Below are positions 1-7,372 of a stretch of DNA of 20,000 nt, one piece after another. Made by a program: the position numbers and the translations under genes. The stretch is from an uncultured virus (IMG/VR IMGVR_UViG_3300006752_000023) (lineage: Duplodnaviria > Heunggongvirae > Uroviricota > Caudoviricetes), in the IMG/VR virus record IMGVR_UViG_3300006752_000023, one strand, 5' to 3'. Within the stretch, counting starts at the first letter, position 1, and every line of letters begins with the position of its first letter. The notes under the pieces are model-generated. The model was not told the origin of the DNA and ran no database searches. It was given only the letters and a program-made list of their open reading frames with translations.

Positions 1-1538
1 TCATCTAAAATTAAAAGATTAGTATTAGCAGAGTTTTTAAATCTAGCAACTTCTCTCCAAGCAAAAAGAAGTGCTAGATCAATTCTCATTTTCTCCCCCT
101 CAGAAAATGAAGAGTAAGTAAACTTGTCGTGGATAGGGCTCTGAATAGTTTCTACAAATTCTTCATCCAGATTAAAATTGATATAGAAATCCATCATCTG
201 GAGATAACGATTAACTTGCTTATTAATAAGGGGAAGATACTTTTTGATTATCTTGGACTTTACTCCACCATCTTTAAGAAGAGAGTATGCAAAATCGTTG
301 TACCTGACTTCCTCGCTTTTTTCAGCAAGCTTTCCGAATACTACTTGTAGAGAATCTTTGAACCCGTCTAACTTCTCATGTTCAGAATTTCTGTTTTGCA
401 ACTGACTGGTAAGAGTTTGAATTTCCGATTGTAAATCTCTGACCTGTCTCTGATATCCAGCAATTCTAACATTGTTTTGAGAAATGTCATGTGTAAGTTC
501 AATAATCTCCGTTGAGAGTTTTTTAAAGTGACGCTCTTTATCTTCTTCTAATTGTATCGACTCCTCCAGTTTAAGAAAACCTTCTTGGAGTTCCTTTGCT
601 TTATATTGAGCGTCACTAATTTTATTTAGTCTAAGATCTTCTTGAATAGGTTGTGTGCATGTAGGGCATACCGTATTCTCAGTAAAGAACTTATGCTCCT
701 TCGTAATCGTTGATACCTTCTGAGAAATCTTACCCTTAAGACTACCAAGTTTACGAAGTTGTTGTGTAGAATTTGCTACATCTTTGAGAGATTCATTGAG
801 CAATTCAATATTTTTAGAGATGTCTTCATTCCGAAGATTAAGAATACCAGAGTCAAAAGATAACTTTTCAATTTTAAGGATATCTGCATCTATTCTATTT
901 TTATGACGGTCTTCTAAATCACCAATAAAGCATGATTGCATTTCAATTTTATCTTTGATATTACTTTTCTTCAAAGTAAGACTCTTAATCATCTCCTTAG
1001 ACTGCCTAATATCCTCCTTCAAGAAGTTATTCATAGCAGAGAAGATACGAATATCTAAAAGGTCTTCAATAACTTCTCTACGATGTGCCTGAGTCAATTG
1101 CATGAAGGGCACAAAGTTACTACTACCCAAGATAACAATTTGAGTAAAAGATTTATAGTTTAATTTAAGAATTTGATCTTCTACAATCTTCTGATTAGTT
1201 CTATCATCAGCTTCTTTATTTTTCATCTCACCATCGACTAAGATATCAAACACATTTGGTTTGATACCACGACGGATTAGATATTTTTTAGGTCCAACAG
1301 AAAACTCAACCTCTACCAAGCAACCTTTATCATTAGAAGTGTTAACAAGTTGAGGTTTATTTATTTTACGATATGGTTTATTGAACAAAGCAAAACACAA
1401 TGCATCAAGCATCGTAGATTTGCCAGCACCATTAGTACCTACGATTAATGTTGTGGAAACTTTATTAAGACATATCTCTGTCCATTGATCACCGGTAGAT
1501 AGAAAATTTTTCCATCTAATTTTTTCAAATGTTATCAT
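1..1538 (-). CDS. g46: Recombination endonuclease subunit gp46 (SbcC/Rad50-like ATPase), 3' end runs off the window
   Basis: My translation from ATG 1538 gives MITFEKIRWKNFLSTG..., Walker A GTNGAGKST, a coiled coil with Zn-hook CPTC, signature SFSEGEKMRIDLALLF and the start of Walker B (LLILD) at the edge. Not in the ORF track because there is no stop in the window. Confidence 0.96.
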   Translation of the reverse strand, partial: MITFEKIRWKNFLSTGDQWTEICLNKVSTTLIVGTNGAGKSTMLDALCFALFNKPYRKINKPQLVNTSNDKGCLVEVEFSVGPKKYLIRRGIKPNVFDILVDGEMKNKEADDRTNQKIVEDQILKLNYKSFTQIVILGSSNFVPFMQLTQAHRREVIEDLLDIRIFSAMNNFLKEDIRQSKEMIKSLTLKKSNIKDKIEMQSCFIGDLEDRHKNRIDADILKIEKLSFDSGILNLRNEDISKNIELLNESLKDVANSTQQLRKLGSLKGKISQKVSTITKEHKFFTENTVCPTCTQPIQEDLRLNKISDAQYKAKELQEGFLKLEESIQLEEDKERHFKKLSTEIIELTHDISQNNVRIAGYQRQVRDLQSEIQTLTSQLQNRNSEHEKLDGFKDSLQVVFGKLAEKSEEVRYNDFAYSLLKDGGVKSKIIKKYLPLINKQVNRYLQMMDFYINFNLDEEFVETIQSPIHDKFTYSSFSEGEKMRIDLALLFAWREVARFKNSANTNLLILD

Positions 1539-1794
1539 CTTGTGTAGGTGGAATTACGATGTCTTCGGAAGTGATTACTGAATACTTATAATTATACACC
1601 TCACACGCCTTTATTGCAAGGTCTTCTTCAATTTCAATTGTAGACATCTCAACCCCATGATCTTCTTCTAGCTGTAAAGCATATCTAATAGCATCGTCTT
1701 CTTCTTCAAAGATAAAGAGAACTTTATTACCACGCCGATCCTTTACAGCGTAGGCACCTTCTTCTTTTTTATCTTTTTCCGTTAACAAGAACAT
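1525..1794 (-). CDS. Conserved hypothetical protein, DUF3110-like
   Basis: 89 aa, overlapping both g47 and g46. The EGAYAV...VLFIFEEEDDAIRYALQLE...IVIPP pattern resembles cyanobacterial DUF3110 (from recall). Confidence 0.75.
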   Translation of the reverse strand: MFLLTEKDKKEEGAYAVKDRRGNKVLFIFEEEDDAIRYALQLEEDHGVEMSTIEIEEDLAIKACEVYNYKYSVITSEDIVIPPTQDDNI

Positions 1795-2846
1795 TACTCA
1801 ACTTCACAAGCCTTTGAATATAACGAACCAAATAAAGTTTTGATTCTAGATTTATCAATATCAGTTTCAGTTTCTTCAATGTATCTATTCAATATAGACA
1901 TAGTGTTTTCTTCTTCACTAATTTCTAAATCTTCTCCATGCAACCAACCTTGATTATAGTCAAAGTTTTCAATAACTTTTAACTCTTCTACACCAACAGT
2001 ATAAAGTTTATCAATAAATTTTTCAAAGTCTTTTGGTTTTGTTTTTTTACGAACTATAACTTTAACAATTTTACCAGCATATTCAGAGGCATTGAACATC
2101 TGATGGGGAGTATCCTCATAATAGATGTTATAAAACATCTTATTTGGATTATCAATATTAGTTAGATCGTATGTCTCAGTATCAAAGAGATGGAAGCCTC
2201 TAGGGTCATTAACATCGTTCCAATACAGTTCATAAGGATTTCCCAAATAAAAGATTTGACCGTCGTTACTGCGTGTATGATAATGTCCACTAAACACCCT
2301 ATCAAATTTTCTCAGATACTCTGCTTCGTCTCCACGATCTTGCATGAATCCACGATAAGCAGCAAACCCATTAAGTTCTAAATGACCAACGGCAAGTTTT
2401 GCATCACTATTATTAATTAACTCTATAGTATCCTTTTCATTCTCAGCATTGATCCAAGAGATAAAAGCAAACTTAGTACCGCCGATTAAATGTTCAGCAT
2501 AATCAGTGATAGGGATGATATTATCGTACTCTCGTAATAGTAAATCAATTGTATTGATTGAGTTATTGTTTTTGTAATACGCTGTGTGATTCCCAACAAC
2601 AGTATATACAGTAATCCCCATATCACGGAGACGATCGTAGTAATTTTCTTTAGCCCATTTAAGAGACCAGAAGTCAATGCTCCTACGATTGTCGAAAGTA
2701 TCCCCCATATCGATAAGAGTTGTGATACCTTCAGCAAGAAGAGTAGGAAAAAAAGTTTCATTATAAAATTTTAAAAAATAATCATGAAACAACTTACTAC
2801 CCTTACGAGCACCGAAGTGCTGATCAGTAATAATGCCAATTTTCAT
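1794..2846 (-). CDS. g47: Recombination endonuclease subunit gp47 (SbcD/Mre11-like metallophosphoesterase)
   Basis: Phosphoesterase motifs TDQHFG, GDTFD, GNH, GHLE and SGHYH; adjacent to g46. Confidence 0.96.
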   Translation of the reverse strand: MKIGIITDQHFGARKGSKLFHDYFLKFYNETFFPTLLAEGITTLIDMGDTFDNRRSIDFWSLKWAKENYYDRLRDMGITVYTVVGNHTAYYKNNNSINTIDLLLREYDNIIPITDYAEHLIGGTKFAFISWINAENEKDTIELINNSDAKLAVGHLELNGFAAYRGFMQDRGDEAEYLRKFDRVFSGHYHTRSNDGQIFYLGNPYELYWNDVNDPRGFHLFDTETYDLTNIDNPNKMFYNIYYEDTPHQMFNASEYAGKIVKVIVRKKTKPKDFEKFIDKLYTVGVEELKVIENFDYNQGWLHGEDLEISEEENTMSILNRYIEETETDIDKSRIKTLFGSLYSKACEVE

Positions 2847-3061
2847 TTTGAATGATGTGGTTTGTGTTCTCTATCCATAGGTAAGGATGAAATTACTGGA
2901 GATTTAGTTTTGTTCTTAAGGACAATAAATTTATCTGCAGCAAATGTACCAGCTATTTCAACTCTAACTTCATCACCATCTTCCCATACTGGATCACCAT
3001 TTTTTTTACGCATGTCCATAGCACATGCTATTTCATCAATTAGATCTTGAGTCAATTTCAT
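2843..3061 (-). CDS. Hypothetical protein (cyanophage-type)
   Basis: 72 aa, ATGA overlap with the g47 start, begins 5 nt after the g55 stop; contains an AGTFAADKFIV motif. Confidence 0.75.
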   Translation of the reverse strand: MKLTQDLIDEIACAMDMRKKNGDPVWEDGDEVRVEIAGTFAADKFIVLKNKTKSPVISSLPMDREHKPHHSK

Positions 3062-3066
3062 TTTAA

Positions 3067-3540
3067 TTATCTAGATGTTCTATACTGGATGTTATCTTTA
3101 ATAGTATTATAGTCGCTTGTGGATCCATTTGCACCCTCTTCAATGACCATAACTTGATCATATCCAGTTCTTTCAATAATTTTTGTTTTAATCTCTAATT
3201 GTTTTTTCTCTTTTTGAATTCTGCGAAGAAATGCATAGTAAATAATCTGAGTAAAATAAGCAAATGGATTAGTAGATTTTTCTGGATTAAAGTTGTGAAT
3301 GTATTGTACACAATTCTCAATTCCATCGCCAATCATATCCTCTCGGAACATGTAGTTGACAAAGTTTGGTTTATAAGAAAGATGTGTTGCGATCTTAAGA
3401 AAACAATCTCCTAAGTAATTACTAATAGCTGGAGGTTTAGTTCCATTCTCTTTAGCAAGTTTTGCTGCAATACGATATTCAACCATCGCATCTAACAATT
3501 CTTTATTATTTACATAATGTTCAGATCTTTTTTTAGGCAT
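3067..3540 (-). CDS. g55: Late-transcription sigma factor gp55
   Basis: HYVNNKELL, NFVNYMFREDMIGDGIENC and NPFAYFTQIIYYAFLRRIQKEKKQ are typical of gp55. Confidence 0.96.
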   Translation of the reverse strand: MPKKRSEHYVNNKELLDAMVEYRIAAKLAKENGTKPPAISNYLGDCFLKIATHLSYKPNFVNYMFREDMIGDGIENCVQYIHNFNPEKSTNPFAYFTQIIYYAFLRRIQKEKKQLEIKTKIIERTGYDQVMVIEEGANGSTSDYNTIKDNIQYRTSR

Positions 3541-3563
3541 ATCTATGCTAAGTTCGTGTTTAT

Positions 3564-3572
3564 ATTATAGCA
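3564..3572 (-). promoter_or_regulatory. Extended -10 sigma70-type promoter (TGcTATAAT) for g55
   Basis: The minus strand reads TGCTATAAT, 23 nt upstream of the g55 ATG. Confidence 0.65.
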
Positions 3573-3576
3573 CAGC

Positions 3577-3605
3577 TTGACAATCTATGCTTTTGTCTGT
3601 AGAAT
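3577..3605 (+). promoter_or_regulatory. Sigma70-type promoter on the antisense (+) strand
   Basis: TTGACA (3577-3582), 17-nt spacer, TAGAAT (3600-3605). Confidence 0.65.
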
Positions 3606-3648
3606 AACTTTGTCGAAGTTCAGAAGCACTGTATCTAAGCTTCTTAGC

Positions 3649-4080
3649 TTAAGCATGAGTTGCAATACCAGCTCTAGGGTCTGCTTCTAATTTAAATAGA
3701 TCCTCTAGATTTTTACGAGCAGACTTAACATTTCCTAGATATCCCATTTTTTCTGATGGTTTAACTTTACCAGTTGATCTTGTATTGATACCCATCCGAT
3801 CTTCAGCAGCGTCAATAATATAATTTGTATAGTATTCGACCATTTCATGATCGCATTCTACTTCTGTCATCGTAATAATTTGTGTCTTATCAATAAAATA
3901 AAACTGATCATTTGGAACATGCATCCAAGGTTCTATTCTTACAAAAGAACCTCTTGGTCCATGTACAGTTTCAATACAGACAGGATCTTGAACTATTAAT
4001 GTATCATTTTCTGAAGAAGTTATAGCGAAGAGTTCTTCGCCAGATACTAATTTGATACTTGCGTAAAAGTCATCGTTCAT
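3649..4080 (-). CDS. Conserved hypothetical protein between uvsW and g55 (possible Sm-like beta fold)
   Basis: 143 aa, overlapping the uvsW stop. N-terminal FYASIKLVSGEELFA and C-terminal MGYLGNVKSARKNLEDLF resemble the cyanophage ORF usually found at this position. Confidence 0.85.
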   Translation of the reverse strand: MNDDFYASIKLVSGEELFAITSSENDTLIVQDPVCIETVHGPRGSFVRIEPWMHVPNDQFYFIDKTQIITMTEVECDHEMVEYYTNYIIDAAEDRMGINTRSTGKVKPSEKMGYLGNVKSARKNLEDLFKLEADPRAGIATHA

Positions 4081-5551
4081 TCTTTTCTCTTAGATTAATG
4101 GTTACCATGTCATAAGTAAATTTTTCTTCCTTATAAATTTTAATTCTCTCAATGAGATGGTTTAATGTGTAATTTCGTTTTGAACGAAAGGTACAATCAT
4201 CAGCAATGTCGTACAGAGTCGCACTAAATTTGTTAGTACCTTTTCTCAGTACTCTACCAATTGATTGTAAATTCCTAATTCTTGATTTTGAAGGAGAAGC
4301 AAAGATAACATTATGTAAGTTTTTAATGTTAATTCCAGTAGAGAAAGTTCCGTATGAAGCAACAATAATAGAGTTGGTTTCATTCTCGATGATTGAACGG
4401 GCTAGTTCTCTATCCTCAACATCTACTCCACCATGAATAAAGAAGACTTTTCGATCTTCTCCTATGTTTTTATTTATCATATCAAAAAGAACCCTCCCAT
4501 GATCTTCAACTCTTGCAAAAAGAACTAGAGTATTTCCTTTAAGATCTATACTTAAATTTTTTATAAAATTATTCCTTTTCTCATGAGAAATTAAATAATT
4601 AATTTCATCTAGATAAGAATCAAATACTCTCTCATCATGTTTTAACAAAAGAATCTTAGCATTTAGTTTTGCCAGATACCCTTTGGTCATTAGTTCCTCG
4701 GTACGAACTAACTTGTAAGATGGTCCAAACAATCCTTCTAGCACCCACTTGTGAGTTTGTGTTCCGTCTAGAGTTCCAGTAAAACCAAAACGATATTTTG
4801 CTTGATGTAACTTAGTCATGATGCTGGTAAGAGACTTTGCTTTGAACAAATGTGCCTCATCACCAATTACTACATTGAAACGCTCAAAATAACTCTTCTC
4901 TAGTTTATAGATAGATTGCCATGTAGTAATGATAACGGGTGCTTTAGCTTCTCGTTCTTTACCTGCATATATTTTGTGACAATATGAAGAAGCATCCCAT
5001 CCATATTCCTCAAAGTCCTTATGCATCTGCTCTACCAGAGATGTCGTTGGAACAACTAGGAGGATATTTTGTTTGCGCTCTGTATAGTACCTCACGATTG
5101 AGTAAATCATCAAAGATTTGCCGGAGGCTGTTGGGCTTATCACTAACCTTCTATTGTGTCTTAGAGCATCGTATACTCCCTCTACTTGATAGTCACGAGG
5201 TTGACGATTACAAATAGACAACATATAATCTTTTATTCCCTCCTTAGATATAAATTCATTTTCTTCATAAGGAGTTCCATAAAATTTATTGTTTGTAAAT
5301 TCAAATTCATATCCTTGCCTTTTACAGAAAGATACTAACTTATCTAATAACCCAGCATATAGTTCTCTTGTATGCGTAGAAAATAAACGAATCTTTCCAT
5401 CCCAGTACCTTCTACGGTACTGATTCATATACTTAGCACCCTCTATATCAAAAGAGAAGTGGTCAGACAACTCCTGATATACATGAGGCTCAGATTCAAT
5501 TTTTAAAAAAACTTCGTTTTTCTTGGATACTATAAGTTTGGTCATGCTCAC
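4070..5551 (-). CDS. uvsW: UvsW SF2 DNA helicase
   Basis: Motifs SPTASGKS, DEAH, TGT and QSIGRVLR; follows uvsY. Confidence 0.96.
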   Translation of the reverse strand: MSMTKLIVSKKNEVFLKIESEPHVYQELSDHFSFDIEGAKYMNQYRRRYWDGKIRLFSTHTRELYAGLLDKLVSFCKRQGYEFEFTNNKFYGTPYEENEFISKEGIKDYMLSICNRQPRDYQVEGVYDALRHNRRLVISPTASGKSLMIYSIVRYYTERKQNILLVVPTTSLVEQMHKDFEEYGWDASSYCHKIYAGKEREAKAPVIITTWQSIYKLEKSYFERFNVVIGDEAHLFKAKSLTSIMTKLHQAKYRFGFTGTLDGTQTHKWVLEGLFGPSYKLVRTEELMTKGYLAKLNAKILLLKHDERVFDSYLDEINYLISHEKRNNFIKNLSIDLKGNTLVLFARVEDHGRVLFDMINKNIGEDRKVFFIHGGVDVEDRELARSIIENETNSIIVASYGTFSTGINIKNLHNVIFASPSKSRIRNLQSIGRVLRKGTNKFSATLYDIADDCTFRSKRNYTLNHLIERIKIYKEEKFTYDMVTINLREKNER

Positions 5552-5973
5552 CCTGCACGGAAATTATGCCAATCGATAATATTTTTAATTAGATATCCTC
5601 TATTACTTACCTGCTTAATAATATCTTCCAGGTATGTCAACATGACATCATAGTATTTAATTTTTAAAGTTGCTGACTGCACTTTCTCATCAGCCAACAT
5701 ATATCTTTGTACAGCATCCTTTTCCCTAACTTTATATGGGAAGGGATCCTTTGCATAAACTTCAGGGTCTGCTTTACCTGTGTAATACAGATGCCTATCT
5801 AATTTAATTTTATTTTCTAATGTTGTTGATCTTTCCCTGAGCAACTTAATGTTGTTGTAGATGTCAAAATACTTGGCATGTAAAGATGGAATCTTTGCTG
5901 CCTCATCATGTAAATTATCTTGATCAATCTGTGTGTCTTTGACCCACATACTTTGTATAGTTTCAAGATCCAT
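5548..5973 (-). CDS. uvsY: UvsY recombination mediator
   Basis: 141 aa with IPSLHAKY, YYTGKA and C-terminal RGYLIKNIIDW; g3-uvsY-uvsW synteny. Confidence 0.92.
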   Translation of the reverse strand: MDLETIQSMWVKDTQIDQDNLHDEAAKIPSLHAKYFDIYNNIKLLRERSTTLENKIKLDRHLYYTGKADPEVYAKDPFPYKVREKDAVQRYMLADEKVQSATLKIKYYDVMLTYLEDIIKQVSNRGYLIKNIIDWHNFRAG

Positions 5974-5976
5974 AAG

Positions 5977-6507
5977 TTAGTTTGCAACTTCAATCGTATA
6001 GAACAGATACTTAAATGTCACTGTTGCTGTAAAGTATGTATAATCAGTATCTGTGGCAGTAAAATCTAAAGAACTTAGTGAGACTGGGAATAAATCTCTA
6101 AATTTTATTCTTGCACTTACATTAAAATTACTGTTTAGGATCGCAAGAGTTCCATCACTAAATTGTTCTTTAACATCTTTAGATCCATCTGCAGCAGTAA
6201 TAAGTTGTTGAAACTCATTAACACTTTCTGGATACCCAAGACCATAGATCCAGTTATGAATCTCTAGATAATTTTCTAAATCCTCATCTACAATAAACTG
6301 CAGAGTGAGATCTTCAAATTGAATATTATCACCAGGAAGATCAATAGCCTTCAGGTAGTTTCCAACCTTTATATTCCCTAATTGGATACCAGGAATCTTT
6401 GTACTATTAGAAAAGAAATCTACTTTGGGAGTTTTTACAATATTGAATTTAAATCCTGTAGGCGACAAATAATTCTTGTTTGTTATCTGCTTGCTAAGGA
6501 ATGTCAT
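5977..6507 (-). CDS. g3: Tail completion / sheath stabilizer gp3
   Basis: NYLSPTGFKF, FIVDEDLENYLEIHNWI and FRDLFPVSLSSLDF; synteny. Confidence 0.9.
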   Translation of the reverse strand: MTFLSKQITNKNYLSPTGFKFNIVKTPKVDFFSNSTKIPGIQLGNIKVGNYLKAIDLPGDNIQFEDLTLQFIVDEDLENYLEIHNWIYGLGYPESVNEFQQLITAADGSKDVKEQFSDGTLAILNSNFNVSARIKFRDLFPVSLSSLDFTATDTDYTYFTATVTFKYLFYTIEVAN

Positions 6508-6516
6508 TTTTATTTT

Positions 6517-6523
6517 TATTTAG
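6517..6523 (-). promoter_or_regulatory. T4-type late promoter (CTAAATA) for g3
   Basis: CTAAATA directly after the terminator U-tract and 9 nt before the g3 ATG. Confidence 0.7.
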
Positions 6524-6525
6524 AC

Positions 6526-6552
6526 AAAAAAAGAGACCCTTTCGGGTCTCTC
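6526..6552 (-). terminator. Rho-independent terminator
   Basis: GAGACCC-GAAA-GGGTCTC followed by T7 on the minus strand. Confidence 0.9.
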
Positions 6553-6569
6553 ACTTCCTTCACACGGAA
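6526..6569 (-). ncRNA. Candidate ~45-nt sRNA (or structured 3'UTR) carrying GUGUGAAGGAAGU
   Basis: Lies between TTGTAA-16-(TGa)TATAAT (6602-6575) and the terminator; near-complementary to the Yfr1 motif ACUCCUCACAC. Confidence 0.35.
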
Positions 6570-6580
6570 ATTATATTATA

Positions 6581-6757
6581 TCACATAAGGACTTCCTTAC
6601 AAATTCTTTTGCATTCTGGAGCACTTAGTGAACTGCATTCAATTAGACACTCATAATAATCATTTAATCTTTCTTGTTCCTCTACGGCGAAATCGTCAAC
6701 TGGGGTTTCTGTAATTTTCCATTCGTTAAGTTGAGCCATTGATAGTAGATTGTGCAT
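6581..6757 (-). CDS. Small protein (58 aa) with two CxxxC motifs; missed by the ORF track
   Basis: MHNLLSMAQLNEWKITETPVDDFAVEEQERLNDYYECLIECSSLSAPECKRICKEVLM, with an AAGGTG RBS, an upstream late promoter and a downstream terminator. Confidence 0.8.
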   Translation of the reverse strand: MHNLLSMAQLNEWKITETPVDDFAVEEQERLNDYYECLIECSSLSAPECKRICKEVLM

Positions 6758-6824
6758 TTAAATCACCTTGGTTATTGAATATAATATAGAGATCTCAGAT
6801 CATAGTAGTAGTTAATTCTGTTTC

Positions 6825-6831
6825 TATTTAG
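6825..6831 (-). promoter_or_regulatory. T4-type late promoter (CTAAATA)
   Basis: CTAAATA about 67 nt upstream of the 58-aa ORF. Confidence 0.6.
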
Positions 6832-6871
6832 TCAGCGTATGCTAACTTAATGAAGTAAATTAAATGTATAC

Positions 6872-6897
6872 AAAAAAAAGACCCTTGCGGGTCTCTT
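6872..6897 (-). terminator. Rho-independent terminator
   Basis: AGACCC-GCAA-GGGTCT followed by a T-run, right after the stop of ORF 6900-7232. Confidence 0.9.
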
Positions 6898-6899
6898 GA

Positions 6900-7232
6900 T
6901 CAATTTAGACGAGTGCATTGATATCCGTATTGATTTAGATATCCATTATAGATCCTACGAGTAGTCCACTTGAGTCCTAGTTTCTTGAGATTAGGAGTAA
7001 GTGCAGGGCGACCTTTATCAGCATCTAGATCTTTCTTTGATACTTCTTTGAAAAAAGATCTTCCAACAGGAATTCTATCCCATGGATACCTGTGTGTTGA
7101 ACCTCCCCTGCCGCTCAGTACCCTTACTGAATCTTCCTCTTCCTTAGACATCACGGTGAACATCGGACGGACTTTCAAACTCTTATTCAAATCTTGAAAG
7201 TCTTCTTCGTGGAATAGTGAGTAGTTTGACAT
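6900..7232 (-). CDS. Hypothetical basic protein in a self-contained cassette
   Basis: 110 aa with its own sigma70 promoter and terminator; contains an RYPWDRIPVGRSFF motif. Confidence 0.8.
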   Translation of the reverse strand: MSNYSLFHEEDFQDLNKSLKVRPMFTVMSKEEEDSVRVLSGRGGSTHRYPWDRIPVGRSFFKEVSKKDLDADKGRPALTPNLKKLGLKWTTRRIYNGYLNQYGYQCTRLN

Positions 7233-7265
7233 GCGGTTTTCTAAACGCTTTGATTAACTGAAGAT

Positions 7266-7294
7266 ATTCTACCACCAAACAAACCCGATGTCAA
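7266..7294 (-). promoter_or_regulatory. Near-consensus sigma70 (early-type) promoter
   Basis: TTGACA-17 nt-TAGAAT with a TG extension (TGgTAGAAT), 33 nt upstream of ATG 7232. Confidence 0.8.
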
Positions 7295-7297
7295 CAC

Positions 7298-7326
7298 AAA
7301 AAAAGACCCCCCTTTGAGGGAGGTCT
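7298..7326 (-). terminator. g23 terminator
   Basis: AGACCTCCC-TCAAA-GGGGGGTCT followed by a T-run downstream of g23. Confidence 0.9.
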
Positions 7327-7372
7327 GAAAGAGATCCGATGGGATACTCTGGGAAACATATGGACCGATCGA

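Noticed and set aside
6526..7326. Repeated hairpins as a CRISPR-like array or tRNA
   Set aside because: The repeats are non-identical, irregularly spaced and followed by T-tracts, which fits terminators; there is no cloverleaf.
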